Position numbers and translations under genes: made by a program. Of a stretch of DNA of 64,000 bases, positions 37,443-46,559 are shown piece by piece. The notes below the pieces were generated by a model. That model was not told the DNA's origin and searched no databases. It saw nothing but the letters and a program-made list of their open reading frames with translations. Origin of the DNA: Planctomycetota bacterium. Lineage in GTDB: Bacteria; Planctomycetota; UBA1135; UBA2386. The stretch covers positions 4,384,001 to 4,448,000 of the forward strand of contig OZ245838.1 of the NCBI GenBank assembly GCA_965228735.1, read 5' to 3'. Within the stretch, counting starts at the first letter, position 1. Every line of letters starts with the position of its first letter.

Positions 37443-39524
37443 ATGAACCGCTACGTTTGGGCCCCGTCGCTCACCTTTCTCCTGGCTGCCCCAGCAGCCG
37501 CCCAGGGCAGCCACGACCCGCTTGCCATGGGCAAGATGTGGACGTTCGAGAACCCGCCGCTCGGCTACCTCGAACAGGAGTACGGCTTCAAGCCCGACCA
37601 GGCGTGGCTCGACTCGCTCCGGCTCGGCGCGCTGCGGCTCGGCGAACGGGACAACCCGTGGTGCTCCGCGTCGTTCGTGTCGCCCCAGGGTCTGATCATG
37701 ACCAACCATCATTGCGTGCGGGATCAGGTCGCGCAGATCCAGGGCAGCAACGACTGGGTCAAGGATGGGTATGCGGCGACGAGCCTCGAGGACGAGGTCA
37801 AGATCCCGGGCCTCACGGTGCACCAGCTCGTGTCGCAGGAAGACGTGACGGCGCGTGTCAACGCCGGCATCGAAGAGGGCGACGACGACGTCACGATCAC
37901 GGAGAAGCGCGAGGCCAACACGAAGGCGATCATCGCCGAGGCCGACGCCGCGCATCCGGACCACATGCACCAGGTCGTCGCGCTCTATCAGGGCGCGGTG
38001 CAGCAGCTCTACCGCTATCGCGTCTACGACGACCTGCGACTCGTGCTCGCGGTCAACCTGCAGTGCGCGCACTTCGGCGGCGACCCCGACAACTTCACCT
38101 ACCCGCGCTGGAGCATCGACTTCTCGTTCTTGCGCGCCTACGCCGACGACAAGCCCGCGGACACGTCGGCGCACTACTTCCGCTGGCGCCAAGAAGGCGC
38201 GCAGGACGGCGAGCTCGTGTTCATCCCGGGCAACCCCGGCAACACGAATCGACTGCTCACGACGGATCAGCTGCACGTGCAGCGCGACGTCGAGTATCCG
38301 ATGATCCTCGAGCAGCTGCGCAACGGCATGGCGGTTCTCGAGCCGTTCGCCGAGCGCGCACCAGGCCTGCTGACGACGCTCCTGAGCTGGCAGAACAGCG
38401 AGAAGGCGATCGGCGGCATGCTCGACGGCCTGCACGACGAAGCGCTGATGCAGAAGAAGCGCGCCCACGAGGAGCACTTCAAGGCGCAGATCGCGAGCAA
38501 GCCGGAGTGGGCCTCCGAGTACGGCGACCTGTGGTCGACGATCGCGACCCTCGCGGCGCGGGCGCGCGCCGTGCAGCCGAAGGTCGCGTTCTACAACCCC
38601 AGCTACTCGGGCACCATCGAGCGCGGCGTGCTGATCGCCAAGGCGCTCGACGAGACGCTGGCCGAGGACGAACGCGCCAAGGCGAAGAAGGAGGCGCTCG
38701 AGATGCAGGTCCGCGGCAACATCATCACCGCGCAGCTGCTCGTCGATCACTTCGAACGCGCGCAGAAGTGGCTCGGCCTCGACGACCCCTACGTGCAGGT
38801 CGTCGCGTCGGCGCCGATGACGGACGGCCCGCTCGTGTGGCGCGAGTCGCTCGGCGTCGTCGAGGGCAGCCGCCTGCGCGACCCGAAGTTCGTCGCCGAA
38901 CTGTTCGAAGGCGACAACCCCGCCGCGACGTTCCAGGCCAGCGAGGACCCGGCGATCCGCGCCGCGCGCGTGCTCTGGCCGCTGATGCGCGCCGCGGAGG
39001 CCGAGCAGACCGCGGTCGACAAGGCGCTCGCCGCGCAGGGCACGCGCATCGGCCGCGCGCTGCACGCGGTCTACGGCACGGGGACGAGCCCCGACGCGAC
39101 GATGACGTTGCGCTTCTCGGATGGCCGGGTGAAGGGCTACGACTACAACGGCACGATCGCGCCGTGGGCGACGACGCTCTACGGGCTCTACGGCCGCGCG
39201 ACCGCGTTCGGCAACGAGCATCCGTTCGACCTCGCCGCCCCGTGGATCGACGCCCGGGACCGGCTCGATCTGACGGCCCGGGTCTGCTTCGCGAGCACCA
39301 ACGACATCGTCGGCGGCAACTCGGGCTCCGCGGTCGTCGACCGCGACCTCAACGTCGTCGGCCTCGTGTTCGACGGCAACATCGAGTCGCTGCCCAACGA
39401 CTTCTACTTCACGCAGGAGATCGCGCGCGCGGTGAGCGTGCACACCGACGCGATCAACGCGGCGCTCGAGCACGTCTACGGGATGGGCCGCATCCTCGAA
39501 GAGCTGCGCGCCGGCGCGAAGTAG
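37443..39524 (+). CDS. S46 family dipeptidyl peptidase (DPP7/DPP11-like)
   Basis: GKMWTF, SASFVS, TNHHC, FGGDPDNFTYPR, PDATMTLRFS, DIVGGNSGS, FDGN. Signal peptide ending PAAA|Q. Confidence 0.92.
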   Translation: MNRYVWAPSLTFLLAAPAAAQGSHDPLAMGKMWTFENPPLGYLEQEYGFKPDQAWLDSLRLGALRLGERDNPWCSASFVSPQGLIMTNHHCVRDQVAQIQGSNDWVKDGYAATSLEDEVKIPGLTVHQLVSQEDVTARVNAGIEEGDDDVTITEKREANTKAIIAEADAAHPDHMHQVVALYQGAVQQLYRYRVYDDLRLVLAVNLQCAHFGGDPDNFTYPRWSIDFSFLRAYADDKPADTSAHYFRWRQEGAQDGELVFIPGNPGNTNRLLTTDQLHVQRDVEYPMILEQLRNGMAVLEPFAERAPGLLTTLLSWQNSEKAIGGMLDGLHDEALMQKKRAHEEHFKAQIASKPEWASEYGDLWSTIATLAARARAVQPKVAFYNPSYSGTIERGVLIAKALDETLAEDERAKAKKEALEMQVRGNIITAQLLVDHFERAQKWLGLDDPYVQVVASAPMTDGPLVWRESLGVVEGSRLRDPKFVAELFEGDNPAATFQASEDPAIRAARVLWPLMRAAEAEQTAVDKALAAQGTRIGRALHAVYGTGTSPDATMTLRFSDGRVKGYDYNGTIAPWATTLYGLYGRATAFGNEHPFDLAAPWIDARDRLDLTARVCFASTNDIVGGNSGSAVVDRDLNVVGLVFDGNIESLPNDFYFTQEIARAVSVHTDAINAALEHVYGMGRILEELRAGAK

Positions 39525-39780
39525 CGCCAATCGACATTCGGAACCCCGGGCCGTCGCAGCCTGGGACTCGGCCCGCCGCAATCCGACGGACCACGCCCGG
39601 CCGATGGCACCGCCATCGTGAGCGACCGTCATGACGGCCTCGGCCGCGCCGCGTCACCGCGACGATCCAGGCCCCTTCTCATGGGGCCGTCGTCGGGTAC
39701 GGTTCTGCGGCCCCGCCCGAATCGGTCTGCCCCGCGCGCGATCGGCCGCTCCGCCGAGACACTCGCGCCCGTCCGCCAAC

Positions 39781-42102
39781 ATGCGCCTGACTAGCTCCGC
39801 GACTCTCTGGTCCACCTTCGGCATCGCGATCCTCGCGGCCAACCTGCCGTTCTTCACACCGCCGACCGACGTGCAGATGCCGGGCACGCAGCCCGGTCAG
39901 GTGCCGGCGCTCATGGGGCCGCCGGACACGTGCTCGGGCTGCCACGCGTTCTACGATCCGATCGCCGAACCGGGCCAGAACTGGATGGGCAGCATGATGG
40001 CCCACAGCTCGCGCGACCCGGTGTTCTACGCCGCGCTCGCGATCGCCGAGCACGACATCCCCGGCTCGGGTGACTTCTGCCTGCGCTGTCACGTGCAGCG
40101 CGCGTGGCACGAGGGCCGCGTGAGCAACGCGACCGACGGTTCGGCGCTCGATCCGGTGCACGACGTCTGGGGCGTCGAGTGCTCGATCTGCCACCAGATG
40201 GTGAACCCGGACACCAGCGAACACGCCGGCCTGCAGACCGCGCCGTTCCTCGCGCACGACGGCGGCACCCCGCCCGAAGGCTACTACGGCAACGGCATGA
40301 CCGTGCTCGCCGGTGACTTCATCCGCCACGGTCCGTACGCGCAGACGACCGCGCCGCACGGCTTCGTGCAGTCGGCGTTCATGCGCGACTCGGCGATGTG
40401 CGGGACGTGCCACGAGGTCAGCAACCCGCTCGTCGGCGACCTCGCGAACAACCATGGCGCGCAGCAGCCGCTGCCGCCAGGCACGTTCAGCGGGGTGTTC
40501 AACTCACCGGTCCAGGGCAAGGCCGCGTTCAACAACTTCCCGTATCAGTACGGTGTCGTCGAGCGCACGTTCAGCGAGCATCAGGCGAGCGCGATCGGCA
40601 ACACGGCGGTGAAGGACTACGCCACGTTGCCGGCCGATCTGCAGCGCGGCGCGATCAAGCGGGCCTACGATCAATCGGTGATCGCCGGCCAGGGCGGCGA
40701 CTACCAGGATGGCACGGAACGGCTGTTCTCGTGCCAGACGTGCCACATCGAGCCGGTCGTCGGCGAAGGCGCGGCGTTCGGCCTCGGCCCGCTGCGCTAC
40801 GACATGCCGCGCCACGATCTCACGGGCGGCAACACCTGGGTGCCGCAGGCGATCCAGTGGCTCGACAACCAGAACCGCCTCGTCTTCGGCGGCGGCCTCA
40901 CGCCGACGCAGGTCTCGGCGATGGACGACGGCGTCGAGCGCGCCCGCGCGACGCTGCAGCGGGCCGCGGCACTCGACGTCGGTGCGGACTCGGTGCGCAT
41001 CACCAATCTCACGGGTCACAAGCTGATCACCGGCTACCCCGAGGGTCGCCGCATGTGGCTGCGCGTGCGCTGGCTCGACGAGCAGAACAACGTGCTCGGC
41101 GAAGAAGGCAGCTACGAGAGCTTCCAGGCCAACGTCGCCGGCACCAACTTCCCCGTGAGCTCGATCACGGATCCCAACGCCCGGGTCTACGAGGCCAAGT
41201 TCGGTATCTCGCAGGATTGGGCGCAGGAGCTGCTCGCGCTCGGCGTCCCGCCGCTGACGCCGCTGTCGTTCGATCGCGTGACGGGCAACGTCGAGAAGAC
41301 ACTGATCCAGCTCGCCGCGGACCCGGCGGGCACGGTGCACCCGACGTTCCATTTCATCCTCAACAACACGCTGATCTCGGACAACCGCATCCCGCCATAC
41401 GGCATGGATCGCGACGAGGCCGCGACGCGCAACGCGCTGCCGGTGCCGGCGACGCAGTTCGGCAACCCGGGGCCGGGCGGCACGTACGAGCACTTCGACG
41501 ACGTCGCGCTGGCGCCGCCCGCGGGCGCGACGCGCGCCGAGATCGACCTGCTCTACCAGACCGCGAGCTGGGAGTACATCCAGTTCCTGCGCCTCGCCAA
41601 TCCGGGCACCAACGCGTTCCTCGGTGGCACGGGCGTCGACGTCTTCGACGCCTGGCGCAACACCGGCCAGTCGACGCCCGAGGTCATGGCGCGCGCCCGC
41701 TGGTGCGATCTGCCGGGCACGGGCGAGGACGTCGAACTGCGGTCGAGCAAGAACGGCGCTCCGGCCGACACCGCCTGCGGCAAGGAGCTGCTCGGCGGCG
41801 ACAGCGTCACGTTCGAGGTCACCTCACCGAACAACACGCACGTGAACGATCTCGGCGGCCTCGTCTTCCAGGTCCACGACGCGTCGACCCCGCCGGCCCC
41901 GACGCTGCCGGGCATCTGGCTCGACCGCGCCGACGCGCAGGTGCTGCTCATCGGCGCCTCGACGACGCCGACGACGCACACGCTGACGATCCCGACCTGG
42001 TTCACCGGTCTCATGATCCGCACCCAGGCGATCATGCTGTCGACGACCGCCAACAACGGCATCTACGCCGCGAGCGACGCGCTCGACGTCTGGGTCGAGT
42101 AG
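39781..42102 (+). CDS. Secreted multiheme cytochrome c (5 CxxCH) with the shared C-terminal domain
   Basis: CSGCH, CLRCH, CSICH, CGTCH, CQTCH; GHKLITGYPEGRRMWL. Ends IPTWFTGLMIRTQ...ASDALDVWVE. Confidence 0.88.
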   Translation: MRLTSSATLWSTFGIAILAANLPFFTPPTDVQMPGTQPGQVPALMGPPDTCSGCHAFYDPIAEPGQNWMGSMMAHSSRDPVFYAALAIAEHDIPGSGDFCLRCHVQRAWHEGRVSNATDGSALDPVHDVWGVECSICHQMVNPDTSEHAGLQTAPFLAHDGGTPPEGYYGNGMTVLAGDFIRHGPYAQTTAPHGFVQSAFMRDSAMCGTCHEVSNPLVGDLANNHGAQQPLPPGTFSGVFNSPVQGKAAFNNFPYQYGVVERTFSEHQASAIGNTAVKDYATLPADLQRGAIKRAYDQSVIAGQGGDYQDGTERLFSCQTCHIEPVVGEGAAFGLGPLRYDMPRHDLTGGNTWVPQAIQWLDNQNRLVFGGGLTPTQVSAMDDGVERARATLQRAAALDVGADSVRITNLTGHKLITGYPEGRRMWLRVRWLDEQNNVLGEEGSYESFQANVAGTNFPVSSITDPNARVYEAKFGISQDWAQELLALGVPPLTPLSFDRVTGNVEKTLIQLAADPAGTVHPTFHFILNNTLISDNRIPPYGMDRDEAATRNALPVPATQFGNPGPGGTYEHFDDVALAPPAGATRAEIDLLYQTASWEYIQFLRLANPGTNAFLGGTGVDVFDAWRNTGQSTPEVMARARWCDLPGTGEDVELRSSKNGAPADTACGKELLGGDSVTFEVTSPNNTHVNDLGGLVFQVHDASTPPAPTLPGIWLDRADAQVLLIGASTTPTTHTLTIPTWFTGLMIRTQAIMLSTTANNGIYAASDALDVWVE

Positions 42103-42121
42103 ACGGAGCCCATCGTGGGCC

Positions 42122-44305
42122 TCAGTGCCCGATGACGACGCGTTGCCACTCGCTCGCCGCGAGCCCCGGCGCCGTCGGGCACGGCGCGCCGGGAGCGCCG
42201 ATCATGAGCCATTGGAACTCGATCGGCAGTCCGACGAACCCGGGATCGCACGGCAGCGGGAACGGCGAGGACGCCGCGCCGCCGACGGGCACCGTGAACG
42301 TCAGGGCAGCAGGCGGCAGGTAGTTGCACGGTCCGCAGGAGATCGTCGCCCCGCCGAGCGCCAGGGAGAGCCCGGCAAGCGCCGTCTGCGGATCCGCACC
42401 GCTCACCGTGAAGCGCAAGTCCTCGTTGCCGATCGCGAACGGGCCGTTCGTGGCCGCCGTTCCGCCGTTCCCACATCCGGGATGGACGGTCGTCATCGGC
42501 CCCCCGAGCATGGCATCGAAACGCTGCGCGCGGACCTGCCCGGTGAACGGCAATGCGAGCGCGAAGTCTCCGAACAAGATCATTGCTTCGTCGCCGCCCG
42601 ATCCGCCCGCCGACTGACTCGCGATCGCCGGCGCCGTGTCGCGGCTCGTCGCGCCCCCACTGCCGACATCGCCCGAGGTCCCGCAAACTGCGCACGCCGT
42701 GTCGTAGACCGCGTGCACGAGCCGCAGCGACGCACTCTCCTCGCGCAACCAGACCGCGAGGTACTTGCGACCCACGAGGGCGATCTGCGGCTCGGACTCG
42801 TCGAGAGCCTGGTCGTCGGCGAGCGCCAACGGTGCGCCGGTCTCCGCGAGCGCGAGGCCGTTCCAGCTCAGCTTCTGCAGGAACACGTCGCGTCGCACGT
42901 TCGGCGCAGTGGAGTGGGTCCGCTCGTAGACCAGCACGAACTCGGTGCCATCACCATCGACATCGAGTCGCGCAGCTTCACGCTCGGGTTCGGCGGGGCC
43001 GATGAAGGCCTCGGCCGAGATCGGGAAGCCGCCGCGATTGACGACGCGCCCGACGATCTGCCCATTGCCGACACCGCCCTCCTCGACCCACGCGACGACG
43101 TTCTGCCCCACTGCGCCACCGCTCTTGGAGATGACCGGGTGTCGCGCGCTCGCATCCGGAGTAACGGTCGACAGCGCCCCGGGCACGGGGTCGCCGCTCG
43201 CCGGCACGCCGACGGCCGTGCTGAAGATGCCCCCGCCGGTCTCACGCCACACGAGGACCGCGTTGGCGCCGAATGCGACTTCGCCGGCGAGATCAGGGTC
43301 CTCGTGGTTCCCAGTCGAGCTCGTCAACGCGACAGCCGCGGACGTTCCCCCCGCGGGAGTCACCGACCGACCGAATACCTCGTAGACCCCGAACGGTGTG
43401 GGCGCCTGCCGCCAGGCCACGAGGAACCTGTCGGTGGGGTCGATGCTCGCGACAGTTGGCTCCAGTTCGAGCGCTGCCGACGCGGCGATCGTATCGATCC
43501 CGAGCATCGAGCCGTCCTCGGTCAGGCGGGCCGCGAACACGTCGGCGTCGAGTACGGAGAAACGCACCTGGAACGCCGCGAGATACGTCGCGCTGTCGCT
43601 GTCGAACGCACCATCGGGATTCAACGCGTCATCGTTCCCCGAGATCACGGCGCTCGCGCCGATCAGCGGGTCCAGCACGAGCGGAAAGGCGGCCTGCTCG
43701 ACGAACTCGCCGGGCAACCGCAGCTCGAGCCGTTCGCCGGCGACGCGGAACATGCCGGGCGCCCGGCGACCGCTAGCGTCGATCCCCGTGATCGCGCCGA
43801 ACGAAACGCCGCCGGCGGGACCGTCGAAGCGAACCCGATCATGAGTTCCGGGTAACGCGGCGAGCGCGGTGTCGAGCCGCAACGTCACCACGAGGTCCCC
43901 CCGCCCTCGCAGCGGGGCCGAGAACACGAAGCTCTGCGCCACACCCTCCACGCGCACGTCGTAGCGCTCGACCACGTTGCCGCCGTGCGGATACTCGACG
44001 CGACCTTTGGCCATGTCGACGACCGGATACGGCGCACTTCGCACGTCGTGCACGAGCGTGCCGTCGGACCGCGAGACCGACTCGAGGGCGAACGCGACCG
44101 GGGCATTCTCGGGGGCCGCGACACCGAGCGCCGGCGTGAACACGACGCGGCCGGGCAGGAACTCGGCCTTGTAGCTCGGCGACACCCCGAGCGGGACGGA
44201 CTCGTGATGGGCGATGCCGGCAAAGCCCGCCGGCGCCTGGCCAACCCCGGCAACGGCAAGCGTCGCAGCAACGACACCAGAGATCGACAACGTACGGAGG
44301 TTCAT
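42122..44305 (-). CDS. Secreted protein, tandem paralog 3 (N-domain ending PLVLDP, propeller-like repeats, shared C-terminal domain)
   Basis: PALGVAAPEN...ERYDVRVEGVAQSF...GDLVV...ITGIDASG...LELRLP...FPLVLDP. Ends LPCDPGFVGLPIEFQW...ASEWQRVVIGH. Confidence 0.8.
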   Translation of the reverse strand: MNLRTLSISGVVAATLAVAGVGQAPAGFAGIAHHESVPLGVSPSYKAEFLPGRVVFTPALGVAAPENAPVAFALESVSRSDGTLVHDVRSAPYPVVDMAKGRVEYPHGGNVVERYDVRVEGVAQSFVFSAPLRGRGDLVVTLRLDTALAALPGTHDRVRFDGPAGGVSFGAITGIDASGRRAPGMFRVAGERLELRLPGEFVEQAAFPLVLDPLIGASAVISGNDDALNPDGAFDSDSATYLAAFQVRFSVLDADVFAARLTEDGSMLGIDTIAASAALELEPTVASIDPTDRFLVAWRQAPTPFGVYEVFGRSVTPAGGTSAAVALTSSTGNHEDPDLAGEVAFGANAVLVWRETGGGIFSTAVGVPASGDPVPGALSTVTPDASARHPVISKSGGAVGQNVVAWVEEGGVGNGQIVGRVVNRGGFPISAEAFIGPAEPEREAARLDVDGDGTEFVLVYERTHSTAPNVRRDVFLQKLSWNGLALAETGAPLALADDQALDESEPQIALVGRKYLAVWLREESASLRLVHAVYDTACAVCGTSGDVGSGGATSRDTAPAIASQSAGGSGGDEAMILFGDFALALPFTGQVRAQRFDAMLGGPMTTVHPGCGNGGTAATNGPFAIGNEDLRFTVSGADPQTALAGLSLALGGATISCGPCNYLPPAALTFTVPVGGAASSPFPLPCDPGFVGLPIEFQWLMIGAPGAPCPTAPGLAASEWQRVVIGH

Positions 44306-44315
44306 GTTCGGTCTC

Positions 44316-46550
44316 CTATTGGATGCGCACGTGCACCATGTCTGACGTGAGGAACGGCGCTCCGAACTGCGTGCAGCCGGCGGTCGCCACCGGGGTCAGC
44401 CATTGCGCGAAGAACTCGACCCCGCGCAACGCATTGGCGGGCGGAACCGAGAACACGCGGCTGCCCTCGCCGATCGAGCCGACGAGATCCATGAGCACGA
44501 AGCCCTGAAACGGGTCGGCGAGCACACTGCAGAGTCCACATCCGAGGTTGAGTCGCGCGGGGCTCACCACGAGGAACGTGTTGGTGTTGAGCGGTGCGTC
44601 GTGAAGCGTGATGCGGAAGAGGTTGTTCCCGACCATTGCGCACGGGGCCGCGATCCGACCGCCGTTCGGACACGGCACGTCGAGCGTCGATTGCTCGCCA
44701 TCGGTGTTCTCCCAGAAGTAACCCCAGATCCCGCCCGTGAATCCGCTGCCACTCTGCCGCGAGACCGCGAGCAGAGCCCGTTCGCCCGGATGCCCGGAGA
44801 CCTCGAAGGTCGCGGCCCCTCTCGGCTCGAGTTCGTCACGGCCGATCGTGTCGACGACGGTCACGCTGCCCTCGCAGACGAAACCGAAGTGATTCTCTCG
44901 CGACGAGAGTTGGCTGCCCAGGTCGTTGGCCGTGTTCGTTTCCGACCAGCCGACGAGACTCGTATGGCCTGTCGTGACGACGGCGGGAAAGACCTCGTTC
45001 CGGCTGCTCGTCGCCACGGCCTGCGAGGAGCTCGGCACGAACAAGGTCCCGGTCGACGAATCCCACTTGAGCGTCAGACAACGGATGTCGTTCTGCGCAG
45101 ACGTGCTCGCGCTGGACTCGAACCCAACGAGCCAACGCGCGCCGTCACCGTCGACCGACGAGTCCGAATAGTCGAACCCGGCCGCAGACGAGAGCACGGC
45201 GGCGACATCGAGAACGTTCAGGGCGTTGTCGACGACGATGGCACGAACGACGCGCGGGCCGTTCGTGAAGATGCGCACGTGATAGGTCAACAGCCACCGC
45301 CCGAAGCGCCCACCTGTTCGCGAGATGTCGCCGACCACGGGATCCCCCGACGCGAACGCGAGCGTCCGCTGCGGACCCTGCACCAGGACCGTGAAGGGCC
45401 CCGATGTCCCGAACGCCACGGCGCGCCCCTGCACGCGATCGAAGTCCGTGTTCGTCCAGACGACGACCGCGTTGGGATAGCCCGAGCGTGACGTCCCGCC
45501 GACAGCCGGCGCCGCACAGTTCTGACCGCTGGGCGACAACGGGATCGCCGACGTCACGCCGCCGGCCGACGTCACACCGCGAACGCGGATCTCGCCGTCC
45601 GGAATGTTGACGTGGATGTACGCGACGACGAAGCCGCCGTCCTCGTCGATGCCGCCGACCGCGGGTTGCTGTTCGATCACGCCGTTCGTCGCCGCGATGA
45701 TCCTGGTCGCTGAAACGGCGCGCGTATCCGCGTCGACCTCGCGCGCGAGAACGTCGGAGTCGCTGCCGGACAGGATCATCTGGTACGCGACGAGGAAGCG
45801 GCCCGTGCCGAACGCATCCGACACGAACGCCACGTCAGGAGCGATCCGGCCGCTCGAACCTTGATCGATCGTGACGGACGCCACGATCGGGTCGAGGACG
45901 AGCGGCAGCGCGGCGGCCTCGACGAACGCCGCCGGCAGCCGCAGCTCGAGCACGTCATCGTCCAGATGTGCACTGCCAGCGATCGCCGCCCCATCGGCCG
46001 CGACTCCCGTCACGCCGCCGATCGCCACCCCGCCGATACCGGACGCGCAGAAGCGAGCGCTCTCGCCGGGCAACGGCGCGGCGCGCGGGAGTTCGGTCGC
46101 GACCCGGCAACGGACGACGAGATCGCCGTGGCCTGCCGGCAGCGCCGAGAACTCGAAACTCTGCGCCATGCCCGCGGACCGCAGTTCGTAGCGTTCGGTG
46201 CAGAGTCCGTGTTCGTACCGCACGCGCAGCGCATCGAGGTCCGGGGTCGCCGCGACCTCGGTGAGCGGCCGAAGTTCTTCACCACGACCGACCGCGATCG
46301 TCCGCAACGCGAGTGGCAAGTTCCTCGGTGCCGCCGACCCGAGCGCGGGCACGAACTCCACCTCGCCGGCACGGAAGTACACCTTGTAGTCGCGGCCAAC
46401 GCCGACCAGCTGACCGTCGAGTCGCTGCAGTCCGGCCCCGTCGTCGAGGGCGCGTGGGAGCGCTTCGAGCTGGCCACCACCTTGTGCGAGCAGACTGCTG
46501 GCGCTGAGAACGGTGGCCAGGACCAGGGCGTGAGCACGAACCGTGAGCAT
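44316..46550 (-). CDS. Secreted protein, tandem paralog 2
   Basis: PALGSAAPRNLPL...ERYELRSAGMAQSF...LPLVLDP. Ends VPPANALRGVEFFAQW...TSDMVHVRIQ. AGGAGG RBS. Confidence 0.82.
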   Translation of the reverse strand: MLTVRAHALVLATVLSASSLLAQGGGQLEALPRALDDGAGLQRLDGQLVGVGRDYKVYFRAGEVEFVPALGSAAPRNLPLALRTIAVGRGEELRPLTEVAATPDLDALRVRYEHGLCTERYELRSAGMAQSFEFSALPAGHGDLVVRCRVATELPRAAPLPGESARFCASGIGGVAIGGVTGVAADGAAIAGSAHLDDDVLELRLPAAFVEAAALPLVLDPIVASVTIDQGSSGRIAPDVAFVSDAFGTGRFLVAYQMILSGSDSDVLAREVDADTRAVSATRIIAATNGVIEQQPAVGGIDEDGGFVVAYIHVNIPDGEIRVRGVTSAGGVTSAIPLSPSGQNCAAPAVGGTSRSGYPNAVVVWTNTDFDRVQGRAVAFGTSGPFTVLVQGPQRTLAFASGDPVVGDISRTGGRFGRWLLTYHVRIFTNGPRVVRAIVVDNALNVLDVAAVLSSAAGFDYSDSSVDGDGARWLVGFESSASTSAQNDIRCLTLKWDSSTGTLFVPSSSQAVATSSRNEVFPAVVTTGHTSLVGWSETNTANDLGSQLSSRENHFGFVCEGSVTVVDTIGRDELEPRGAATFEVSGHPGERALLAVSRQSGSGFTGGIWGYFWENTDGEQSTLDVPCPNGGRIAAPCAMVGNNLFRITLHDAPLNTNTFLVVSPARLNLGCGLCSVLADPFQGFVLMDLVGSIGEGSRVFSVPPANALRGVEFFAQWLTPVATAGCTQFGAPFLTSDMVHVRIQ

Positions 46551-46559
46551 TTTCGCCTC

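Noticed and set aside
35943..39632. 1229-aa minus-strand ORF, and similar long ORFs (1149-2648, 3808-5997, 20282-22807, 52193-55003, 55579-57858, 61809-63944)
   Set aside because: These are antisense or off-frame shadows of well-supported genes in high-GC DNA. They are Arg/Ala/Gly-rich with no recognisable motifs.
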